From Eledone cirrhosa (lineage: Eukaryota), in contig OZ024743.1 in the NCBI GenBank assembly GCA_964016885.1, positions 368,156,001-368,220,000 on the forward strand: DNA of 64,000 nt. The letters are read 5' to 3'. This document shows positions 52,690 to 64,000 of the stretch, one piece after another. Numbering within the stretch: the first letter of the stretch is position 1; each line of letters opens with the position of its first letter. The notes beneath the pieces are model-generated. The model was not told the origin of the DNA and did not search any database. It saw only the letters and a list, made by a program, of their open reading frames with translations. Position numbers and translations under genes: made by a program.

Positions 52690-54965
52690 AACCTCCCTAG
52701 TGGTAGTGAAATGATATCAAAGCCATCAATCTTCTTTGCCAGGGTCTTTGTGAGGGGCCACATTTCTGCTCCATAGAGGACTGACATGTTGTAGATATGG
52801 AGCTTCGTCTTCTGAGAGATAGAGCAGTAGCACCAAAGGTGTTTCCATAGGGAGTGCATGACCCCGATGGCTAGATCATATCTCTAGTTGATCTCCAGGG
52901 TCAGATCTCTATTGTAGGTGACTGTCAAGCCCAGGTAAATGAAGGAGCTGACAAACTCCATGACGTTGGAGATCAATAAGAAGTGGGAGAAGGATCTGAC
53001 ATGCATCAGATTGGTCTTAGTCCAGCTCCCTTGAAAGCCAAGCTTTGCTGATTCCTCCCCGTATATGGCCAGTGCGTCTCTCAGATGATTGATCGAGTTG
53101 CTGAATAGGGTGGTATCGTCCGCATACACTAGGTTAGTAAGATGGGAGTTCCTGAAGGTAACGTCAGAATCTCGCTGACAGATTTGGTCATCAGATAGTG
53201 GATGATACAGTTGAAGAGGTTGGGGGCAACCTCAGAGCCCTGTCTGACCCCACTGTTGATGGGGAACCACCCGGAGTCCTTCCTGTTCACCCACATCCAA
53301 CTCTCGGCACTGTTATAGAGCTGTTGAAATAGGATGGTGATCTTGGGAGCACACCAATGAACTTGAGATTTTCCAGAGGGGTGCATGGTCAACCATGTTA
53401 AAATCTGCTTTGTGGTTGATGAAGGCCATGTAGAGGTGGCGATCTCTGCGGAACTCCTGGGATCTTTCAATAATGAGATGAAGGGCAGAAATGTGGTCAG
53501 CACTAGATTGATTTGGCATCTTAGTGAAGAGTTTGCTTGGGTGGTGCCCTTGTGATTGCTGCAGACAAGTTTGTCACCCTTCCATTTCCAGAAGGGAAGA
53601 ATGATGACCCAGGACCAGTCATTTGGGAGTCACTGTGATACCCATACATCTCTGCTGTAATAGTGCAGATTCCATTGACTTTGTGGTTGTTGAGCTTCTT
53701 CAGAGTGGCTCTGACTTCATCGGGGGTGACAGAATTGAGTCTGCAAGTGTCATTTGCTGCTGTTATGTCTGCAGTAATGGTCAGGCAGCATTCAAGGCAG
53801 ATCATTTCTGTTCTGATGACATTGCCATTTATAACTTTGACTAGGGCTGTCATGATCTGGGGTCCAGTTCAGGCTCTGTGGAGTGTGTTAAACACCTGGC
53901 TGAGGCCTCCCAGTGCTTGGCTTCTTCTACCCAAAACTTCTCCTGGTCATCCGTGATGGCCTTGTTTCAGTTGAACCAGCAGTACTCATTCATGTTGCCA
54001 CATAGGCAAGCCTTGCAGCGACTGTTAGTTATCTTCAGCAGCTGCAGTGAAATGCAGAGCTGTTTGGGAGGAGGTCTTGAGTTTATCAGGATGTTATGCA
54101 CAGACTGGTTGACGCTTGATTTAAAGATCTAGTTGTTGTTCTCATCCTCACTGAAGCGATTGGCAATGGAGTACACAAATATAGAGGTGATGTTGGGATC
54201 ACAGAGACAAGATCAATCAAGGTGGGGCTGGTACTTGGTGGCAGCTTCTGCTCGCACCCTCAGCTTCAGTGTTGCTGTCAGCAACCGATGGTCAGTATTG
54301 CGAAGTTGAGCAACTCTGTTGACCCAGCAGTTGGTGGCAAACTTCTTCCAATGAGGAGAGATAATGATGTGGTCAATTGCCTTCCAGGTGTAGCTGTCCA
54401 GACTGTACCAAGTCCAGTGATGGGTGAGTGTGTGAGGGGACCAGATGTCGATGATACAGAGATTATTGTTATCATGGTGAATGGGTCAGCAAAGGTTGTG
54501 CTAATAGGTCGGTTGGAGTGAACCTGGCAGAAGAAGAGATGGTAATATTGGCATCCTTCAGGATGACCATGATGTTATGGAGTGGGTTTTGTCCTAAAAC
54601 CTGCTGGAGCTGGTCTTAGGTGTCTTGACAGTGTCCTCTCAAATGTCTGTAGGCCACAGGCAATGACAATAGTCATCTCCTGCCAGTGGAGAAAACAGGC
54701 AGACAGCAAGCAGTCGCTCACCAGGTTCTAGCTGACAAGTCACTTGCGGACATGCTTGGACTTAGCCAGTGCCATGTTGCCGGGGCCTGTTGGGTCTTCA
54801 GGACCACTCCAGATAAGGCAGTAGTGTCCCATGATGAATTCGCCCCTGCCAGGCCAGCAAGTCTAGCAGAGTACCGCCAGTGTGACAGCTCTTGCTACCA
54901 CAGAGTGGTTGCTCCAGGTCAAAAGAATGACAGGACGTTCCATGCGGCAACACAAATTTTGTAGT
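52690..54965 (-). mobile_element. Decayed RTE-clade LINE (APE + RT)
   Basis: KICVAAWNVLS, YTWKAIDHII, GICTITAEM, MPNQSSADHI, GVRQGSEVAPNLFN, YADDTTLF, SFIYLG, LYGAEMWPLTK. Confidence 0.88.
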
Positions 54966-55296
54966 GATATATAAGTGTGTGTGTATATATATGTATATAT
55001 ATTTATGTATATATGTATATATATATATATAAATATAAATTAGCGAGAATCATATTTCGGCTTAGGAATTAACGAAAAACAACTTCCGAGATGTGTGGCA
55101 AGCACTCGATGATTCAGATGAATCAGAACTACAACATACGTTAAAGGCCAAACATACTGAGATGATGGTTAAACAAACATCCGCACAGCCAAAGAAACGA
55201 CCAAGTAATTCGGGTCAAACAATAAAAATAAATGTGATTGAAAATTTACCCGGACCCCTGGAAGGTTGGTAAAATATATATATATATATATATATA

Positions 55297-55760
55297 TTTC
55301 ATTTCTGAATTTGTTTAGCAAGATTCTTTATCTGAAAACGTATGTTTAAACCGATATTGTTATGCTTTGGGAGGGTCATGTTGCCAATAAGAAACACCAG
55401 TTGCTTTCACTCCAATTTATTATAAATTAAATTAATAAATTTAAGAATTTATAAATTTCCGGTTGGTTGGTTCCACAACCAGACGATTGTTCATATATTG
55501 TCAAAGTTATTTCGTCACACATTCCGTGACCTCTTCAGTGACTGGAGATTCTTTTCTTTGTTTTTGTGCCTCTCCTTTGTTCTGACCTACGCCATCTTGT
55601 TTTTGTGTGTGTTGTGTGCTTAGTTTGCGCATGTGTTACAACCAGGTGTCTGTCTGTGTTTATATTTGTTTATTTATTTGTTTATTTACATGTTACTGTG
55701 TTTTCATTTTGTCCTTAATTGTAAGTTGTGATGTTGCTATTCCATTCATGTTTTCTATTT
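55297..55760 (-). mobile_element. Hammerhead-bearing pLTR-like repeat (family of 25380-25868)
   Basis: Shares the hammerhead-like motif and the TTGGCAA..CATGACCCTCCC..ATAACAA arm with 25380-25868. A perfect 44-bp inverted partner lies at 60207-60250. Confidence 0.6.
55500..55542 (-). ncRNA. Variant minimal hammerhead ribozyme motif
   Basis: Minus strand: gtca CTGAAGA g gtcacg-gaatg-tgtgac GAAA taac TT tgac. Confidence 0.55.
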
Positions 55761-55786
55761 AATTTTGGTTGGAGTTCATTTATGTT

Positions 55787-56407
<621 letters not shown>

Positions 56408-56901
56408 AAGAGTTAAACAAGATTCAATGAGTATATCAGAGAATGAGTTTTAAAGTAGATTGGAAGCACTCTACGGGAAATAATTTTCCAGAGTTATAAG
56501 TATTAATATACAAATATTAATAAAATAGATGTTCTTTTGATCAATTATATTTTATTATACGTATTTCGGAGGTACAACAGTACGTCCTCATCAGACAAAA
56601 TATGATACATGATATACCTTGAGATGTTAAATGGTTAAGATTTAATCAAGGTAGTCACCTTTGAAAAGCATTTCTAAATGCTTTTCAAAAATAATTTTGA
56701 GATAGAGTGTCCGTGTTGTTTGCTCAGATCTGATTAGTTTTGGAAATTCTACCTGTTTTTATGTTAAAAAAGTGGCTCCAGCGCTACTTTGGTGTTGCAA
56801 AAATTCTTGTGGTCAAAACAATTTTGATTGGTCGGTAGAGGTCATGTGAATGTAAAAAATTGATTTTGCGCCAAGACTGAGAAATGACTCTTTCACAACA
56901 A

Positions 56902-56933
<32 letters not shown>

Positions 56934-57204
56934 TAGTAGTAAAGTGTTCGATGTTGTGATAATGGTTAGCAGAGATGTGTGTGCGAACCGCAGCCTGTTG
57001 ACAGTTCAAATGGCTATTAAGATAAGTGTGTGTGTGTGTGTGTGTGTGTATAGCAGAGTAATTCGTGGTAGTGGGACGGTCAGTAGGAATGTGTCTGTAA
57101 GCAGTGGAGGGTATTTTAGCATGTCAAAAGATATTTTTCAGCTTTTGTCTTATACGGGAGAAGTGTGTGTGTGTGTATAAGTCTCTTTGTATGTTAATGT
57201 ACGC

Positions 57205-57235
<31 letters not shown>

Positions 57236-58729
57236 GACCAGTATTTTTTTCCCCTGGTAAAATGGTGTACATTATTCGATATTTTCAGTAAAATCAGTTC
57301 TCTTAATAGAACATCAAAAATCTTAACAATAAAAGGTGTGAAATGATATTCACTATATATATATATACACATATATTTTTTTGCGTTGCACCATAGAGCA
57401 TGTGTGTTTACATATGTCATTGTGTTTATATGTGGGTAGAGATGTGTGCTGATGTAGGTATGTATGTTGACATGTGTATGTTGACATGTGTATGTTGTGG
57501 GTTCGTCTTAGGGAGAAGTGTTTACACGGGGTCCGTATTTGTTAATAAAGTAAGATTCCTTGCTGATGCGCTGGGTGTGGGTGGCATTATCTTTAAATTT
57601 GTAGAGGGGAAAGATTCTGAAGTTGGGATGATTTTGGGCGGCACAGGTATCAATGTGTTCACTCAGTGGTATTTTCCTGTATTCCCGTATTTTAATTTGG
57701 GATCTATGGACAGTCATGCGTTGGCGGAGGCTGTTTTTGGTCTGGCCTATGTATTGTTCTCGACAACCTGAGCAAGTTAATACATATATTAGATTTTCCG
57801 ATGCGCATGTGAAATTGTGTTTTACTATAAAACGTTGTCCTTCTTTGAAATAGAATTCCGAACCCTCTATTAGGTTGATGCAAATGCCACAGTTGGGTCT
57901 ATCGCATTTTTTTACTGTGGGTTTCGTTGTTGTGGTTGGCAATACTTTGGCATGTGTTAGGATGTTTTTCATTGACTTGGATTGTCTTTTGCTCTTTATG
58001 ATATCGTGTGTTCGTAGGACTTGGTTCATTCTATGGTCCTTTTTCAACACAGGGATGTTGAGGGAGTTGTGTGTGGAGATGTATGGAAGAGCTTTTAGTT
58101 TCGGTTGATTTACTTTAGGGTGTCTAAGGTCCTGGGTACTAAGTTTTAGGGCACGTTGGATTCCATTGTCAATTAGTGATGCAGGGTAGTCCCTGCCTAT
58201 GAGTGTGTCCTTTAGTTCTTGTAGCCGTAAGTAGCAGGTGTTTTTATTGGAGACTATAGTACAGATTCTCTTGGCTAAGTTGTAGGGAATATTAATTTTA
58301 ACGTGTCTAGGGTGGCAAGAGTTGAAAGGAAGATATTGCTTGGAGTCTGTGGGCTTGTAGTATATGTCTGTTTCTATTTTTTTGTTATGGATCTTAATGA
58401 GGATGTCGAGGAAGGGGAGTTGTTGATGGCTGTATTCCATCGTGAAGTTAATATTCGTGTTGAGCCTATTTATAAGGGTGTGAAATTCTTTAAGTTTCTC
58501 GATGTTTTCGTGTCAAAGGATGAAGCAGTCATCTAGATATCGCTTCCAGTTCCTTTCAATGTGTAAGTGGAGGGTGTTTCCAAATTTGTTTAGGACTTTA
58601 GTGTAGAGGGTGATTTCCAGGTATCCCATGACTAGGTTGGCATAAGTGGGGGCTGTTTTCGTTCCCATAGCGGTCCCAGATTTCTGCCTGTAGGGTTTGT
58701 TATTGAAAACGAAGTAATTGTTCTCCAAT

Positions 58730-58730
<1 letters not shown>
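56408..58730 (-). mobile_element. 5'-truncated Penelope-like retroelement (RT + Cys-rich linker + GIY-YIG endonuclease), flanked by (TA)n
   Basis: [35 protein letters not shown], then a frameshift/stop. ORF 57508-58440 has FTME..LPFLD..YYKPTD..SCHP, KCDRPNCGIC, NLIYVLTCSGCREQYIGQT..R...H, KESYFI..N. Hammerhead in the 3' region. Confidence 0.93.
56547..56603 (-). ncRNA. Minimal type-I hammerhead ribozyme of the Penelope pLTR
   Basis: Minus strand: atattttgt CTGATGA gga-c-gtac-tgtt-gtac-c-tcc GAAA tacgta TA ataaaatat. 9-bp stem I (one GU), palindromic stem III. Confidence 0.82.
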
Positions 58731-59160
<430 letters not shown>

Positions 59161-59720
59161 TATTCATTCATTATTTATTCAAAGTTAACTTTGCCTTTCA
59201 GGCTTACGGGGTCGATAAAATAAAGTACCAGTAATGCACTGGGATAATTACTGGCCTTGTGCCATAAGTAGAAACAATTATTTATTCCAAGTAATCCAAC
59301 TTATTTTACCAATGGGATAAAAAATTATAAACCGGACGCAGTCCCACGCTCCTCCCTTTATTATAGTTTAGATTTTATATATACATATATATATGCATAT
59401 ATAATTGTTTCTACTTATGGCACAAGGCCAGCAATTATCCCAGTGTATTATTGGTACTTTATTTTATCGACCCCGTAAGGATGAAAGGCAAAGTTAACTT
59501 TGAATAAATAATTGTTTCTACTTTAGGCACAAGGCCAGCAATTACCCAGTGCATTACTGGTACTTTATTTTATCGACCCCGTAAGGATGAAAGGCAAAGT
59601 CAACCTCGGCGGGATTTGAACTCAAATCGTAAAGGGACGTAACTATGCTGGAAAGCATGGCGTCCGACCCTCTACCGATACTGCCAATCCACCGCCCTTT
59701 GAATAAATAATGAATGAATA
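59161..59720. repeat. SINE-derived inverted repeat (arms 59161-59281 and 59401-59512 + 59712-59720)
   Basis: The arms are near reverse complements sharing the same truncation junction TTATTTATTCAAAGTTAAC. The right arm is split by a full SINE. Confidence 0.8.
59513..59696 (-). mobile_element. Full-length tRNA-derived SINE with a 15-bp TSD
   Basis: Minus strand: GGCGGTGGATTGGCAGTATCGG (A-box)..GAGTTCAAATCC (B-box)..GAAACAATT. TSD CTTTGAATAAATAAT at 59498-59512 and 59697-59711. Confidence 0.92.
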
Positions 59721-60284
59721 TTACATAATTTATCTACTAAATTTCGTGGCTGTTGATTAAATATATTTTGTTTATTTAAAGATTCAATTCTTTAAAATTT
59801 CTGAAATGTCAACACTTCCGGTGGCGATCGCTTAAATAAACATACTAATTTTCTGTCACTAATATTTTCATAATGCAGTTTCTATATAATATCGTCTTTT
59901 TTAATGTATCATGGATTACGTTACTGATTACATAAGAGAGTGTAACACAGTCTTCGTTTAATTTCTGTGTATATTGTCAATTATGATTTTATTTGATATT
60001 TCATATCAACATGTATATATACTTGCGTATAATATCAATATACACATTACGCATGCTAGAAGAATACCACCCGAACATGTATAAGTATATATATATCAGA
60101 ATTTGTTGAATCCTTACTGTTGCTGAATTGTCGTGTTGAGAAATGTAATGTATTTTCACTTCATTTTCTTGTCTCACCAACATTCTTGGTCCATTAACCT
60201 ATCAGTGTGTTTCTTATTGGCAACATGACCCTCCCAAAGCATAACAATATTTATATTCAACTTCTCGTTTAACCTCTCATAATT

Positions 60285-63200
60285 ATGGTCGAATCTGTAG
60301 GACCTTTAGAAAAATTAATCTGCTCGTTAACTTTCCCATTCCCCGGCCCCCACACACCACCATTACCATTTGGTCCAATCATAATTCAGTGGCTTATGTT
60401 TCTCTTACCAATCTCTTTCACAAAACCACCGCCTCGACTATTACTCCCTCCTCGATATGCTAGATGGACTACAGGATTTGGAGTGTCTGAAGAATGTGAA
60501 CACTCAATGTCAAAGATAAAGATAAATTCACCTCCTGCTGCCGGACGAGAATGCAAGGACTCCTCTTTATATCAGACATGGATGGCTAACATAACCCCCA
60601 TCTCCCTCACCCCTCCCTGCGCCTGTAACCCATCCCTTCCACCCACCCAACGAAATCCAAAACTTCAGTTGGTACCATGAATGTAGGCACCTTAAAAGGT
60701 CTGCTAGATTCATTGTGGGTAAAAAACGATGCTATAAACTTTTATGGGTGGGTAATGATAATGGACTGGGTGGAGTAGGAATTATGTTAGCAGAAAAATG
60801 GGTAGATAAGGTAATTGCCGTAAATAGAGTGAATAATTAAAATAAGACTAGTCCTAAACAGAACTACTGTGACAATAATATCCATGTATGCACCCCAATC
60901 CGGACTACCTGGCGTTATAAAAGACAGATTCTATGAGTTGCTAATGCTCGCTACCTCCCAAATAACCAACAGTGACTACATAATTATGGCTTGCGACCTA
61001 AATGCTCATGTTGGACAACATTGTGATGGCTATGACGGAATCCATGGAGGCTATGGGTTTGGTACTAGAAATGAGGAAGGTTTCAGATTCCTGGAATTCT
61101 GTGGACGCTAATAACCTAACTATCTGTAACACAAACTTGATCACCTATAGATCAGGGGAACACGCCAGTCAGATAGATTATATCCTTATCAGAAGATGTG
61201 ATAAAGTGTCTAAATCCCTCCCCCTTGAAGAATGCACCTCCCAACATAGCCTCATAGTTAGTGACCTCATACGTAGAACTAGACGTACTCGATAACAGAG
61301 GAGGACTACCCTGAGGAGAAGAATATGGAAGTTAAAGGACCCCACAGCCAGTAACAAATTTAAAAGCATATTACTTAATGCTTTTGACAGTAAGGAAGAG
61401 CAATTACAGATGTACAATATAGAGGAACACTGGGAATTCCTGAAAGTTAACCTGCTGAAGGTGACAGATGATATGTGGCTGGAGCAGACCTATAGGCAGA
61501 AGGAGAGTAACTTGGTGGTGGAATAGTCAATCAAGGCCAAAAAGCAGGCTTGGAAAGTATGGCGGAATGGAGGAAGTAAAGAACACTATCAAGTAGCTAG
61601 GAGACAAGTGTACTTTGCAAGAAGAGGAGCAGAGGAAAGAAAGTTCAAGCATGTTCTACAACGCGAAGACCAAAAACGTGAGGTGTTCAGGATTGCAAGA
61701 CAATATGTCAAGGACAACCGTGATATTGTCTGGGAGAAGTGTGTCTGTAACAATGATGGTGTACTTGCCATCACTGATGCTGATAAGAAGGTAGCTTGGA
61801 AGTGTCACTACGAGAGACTACTAAATGAGGAAAATAAATGGGGAAAAAGATAGTCTGCCCCAAATCGATCCAATAGAGGGACCAGCAGTGCAAGTTAAAG
61901 GTAGTATAATAAATAAGGCAATCAAAGATATGACGACAGGCAAGGCAGCTGGGCCTTCGGAGATAGTTGCTGAAAGCATCAGGAATGGTGGGACACACAA
62001 TGGTCACCCAGATAGTAAACCATGTAATACAGAATGGGATCATACCAAATGACTGGCGTAGCAGCATCATCATTAACTTCTACAAGGGTAAAGGAGATGC
62101 CCTAGATAGGGAAAACTATAGAGGCATTAAATTGGTTGACCAGGTCATGAAGGTCACAGAGGGCGAATTGATCTAGATGAAATGCAGTTTGGGTTTGTGT
62201 CAGGTAAAAGTATCACATACGCTCTTTTCCTTGTACGACAACTACAGGAGAAGTACCTAGCTAAAAGTAAACCCCTCTACTTAGCTTTTGTAGACTTGGA
62301 GAAAGCCTTTGACAGAGTCCCCCGCTCCATTATCTGGTGGGCTCTTAGAAAACTAGGTGTTGATGAATGGCTTGTGAGAGCTATACAAGCTATGTATCAA
62401 GAAACAGTCAACAAGGTTAGAATTAACAACGAATATTGTGAAGAATTTAGCATAAAAGTTGGTGTTCATAAAGGCTCTATCCTTAGCCCCCTCCTATTTA
62501 TTATTGCCCTTCAGGCTATAAGAGAGGAGTTCAAGATCGGCTGCTCATGGGAACTTCTATAAGCAGATGATCTACCTCTCATAGCTGAATCGATGGCTGA
62601 AGTAGAGAAGAAATTCCAAACATGGAAGCATGGCCTAGAATCAAAAGGCCTTAAAGTTAACTTGTCTAAGACTAAAGTTCTAGTATGTAGAAAGGAAAAT
62701 AGGGTACAGTTACCCTCTGGGAAATGGCCATGCTCAGCGTGTAGAAAAGGAGTAGGCAGAAACTCCATTTTATGTCCCAAATGCAAAGTATGGGTGCATA
62801 AAAGATGTAGTGGGATCACAGGTAAGCTATTTAAAAATGTAGATTTTATATGTGGCCGATGCTCAGGTGCAATAAGTAGTAGCAAGTGCCCACAGGATAC
62901 TAGCTCATTCTATTGCCCAGATGGTTCTATAGAAATAGTGGACACCTTCCGTTACCTGGGTGACAAAATCAGAAGTGATGGAGGGTGCTCTGAAAGTACA
63001 GTAGCCAGTCAGAACAGGATGGAAAAAAAGTTCAGAGAGCTTATACCACTATTGGCCACTTAAGGTTTCTCTCTAAAAATGAAAGGCAGATTGTATGATG
63101 CCTGTATACGAACAGCAATGTTACATGGCAGTGAGACATGGGCTTTGTGTGCAGAGGATCTGCGCAGACTGGAGAGGAACGAAGCATGCATGCTCCGTTG

Positions 63201-63520
63201 GATGTGTAATAGTAATATACGTACGTGAATAGCAAAGCATAAATGAACTAAGTGAGAAATTAAGAATAAGAAGGGATCAGATACTGTTTACTCGAGAGAA
63301 GACTACGTTAGTATGGTCACGTGATGCGCATGAAAGACGACAGCTGTATAAAAAAGTGCAGGGCGATTAAAATTGATGGCAGTTACGGAGTAGACAAACC
63401 CAGAAAAACCTGGGACGATTTGATATATTCTGACCTTACACACTTACACATCTCTAAGACAATGTCACTGGACCAAGATCTTTGGCGCTACGCAGTAATA
63501 TAGAAGACTCGCCTTGCCTA
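60285..63520 (+). mobile_element. Near full-length degenerate RTE-clade LINE (APE + RT + PHD finger)
   Basis: NVGTLKG, MYAPQSG, DLNAHVG, SQIDYIL, YKGKGDALDRENYRGIKL, QFGFVSG, AFVDLEKAFDRVPR, GVHKGSILSPLLF, L*ADDL, CSAC..CPKCKVWVHKRC..CGRC, FRYLGD, LHGSETW. The 5' boundary is approximate. Confidence 0.92.
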
Positions 63521-63689
63521 TGTTCAAAGCGAAACCTACTGTCAGTAGGCACTTCTTAACCAAATATAAAGCCCCTCCCACTACCCCTACTCCCCCTTCC
63601 ACCAACACCACCCTCTCTCTGTAAAGTTATGTTGGTACCACAACATCCAGTCCAAAATAAATGAGGTCGTGTAGGTGTCACGACAAAAA

Positions 63690-63915
63690 AACACACAGTC
63701 CACGCTGTAATGTGGCCATGTAGGTAACACGGTAAAAACCTCCCAGGCCACACTAAACGTGGTTGGTGTTAAGAAGGGCATCCAACTGTAGAAAACCCGC
63801 CAGACAGTCCTATATGAGCAAGACATGGTCACCCAACCAATATTACTTCAAATAGGACAATTCCCATCTAAACCCATGCTAGCGTGGAAGATAGATGCTA
63901 AACGATGATAATGAT
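63690..63915 (+). repeat. SINE-like dispersed repeat with an RTE-type (TGA)n tail
   Basis: GTGGTTGGTGTTAAGAAGGGCATCCAACTGTAGAAA..CCATGCTAGCGTGGAA..AAACGATGATAATGAT. Confidence 0.65.
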
Positions 63916-64000
63916 ATATACATATATGCATATGTGTATTCATATTTATATGTATGCAAAAAGTAAATGAAAGTAAAGTAAATAACACTGTACAATGAAG

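Noticed and set aside
57508-58440. Host GIY-YIG nuclease gene or selenoprotein-type Penelope
   Set aside because: Collinear with a disrupted upstream RT, so it is a retroelement. The ORF has no in-frame UGA.
59513-59696. tRNA gene (A- and B-boxes present)
   Set aside because: Box spacing and lack of a cloverleaf, plus the conserved body, tail, TSD and many copies, indicate a SINE.

Overview
AT-rich, microsatellite-rich eukaryotic DNA. The repeat repertoire suggests a mollusc, probably an octopus (inference). The only host gene I can support is a Neurexin-IV/CNTNAP (Caspr)-family gene on the + strand. Five GT-AG exons (19799-19880, 22997-23152, 26318-26453, 27184-27290, 28521-28655) splice in frame into about 205 aa covering the C-terminal part of a LamG domain, an EGF domain and the start of the fibrinogen-like domain. 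The rest of the window looks like intron filled with decayed transposable elements: Tx1/L1-, CR1- and RTE-type LINEs (one RTE family has a PHD finger), a Penelope-like element (RT + GIY-YIG), four Helitrons, piggyBac derivatives, a mariner, hAT pieces, tRNA-derived SINEs and long (TA)n tracts. The most notable non-coding signal is a set of four minimal hammerhead-ribozyme motifs. One is in the Penelope 3' repeat. One is in a 233-nt-period, retrozyme-like non-coding element. Two are variant-core motifs in a non-autonomous family with inverted arms, and one copy of that family brackets 4.9 kb including the Penelope ORF. All calls were made by eye, with no database searches or folding runs.
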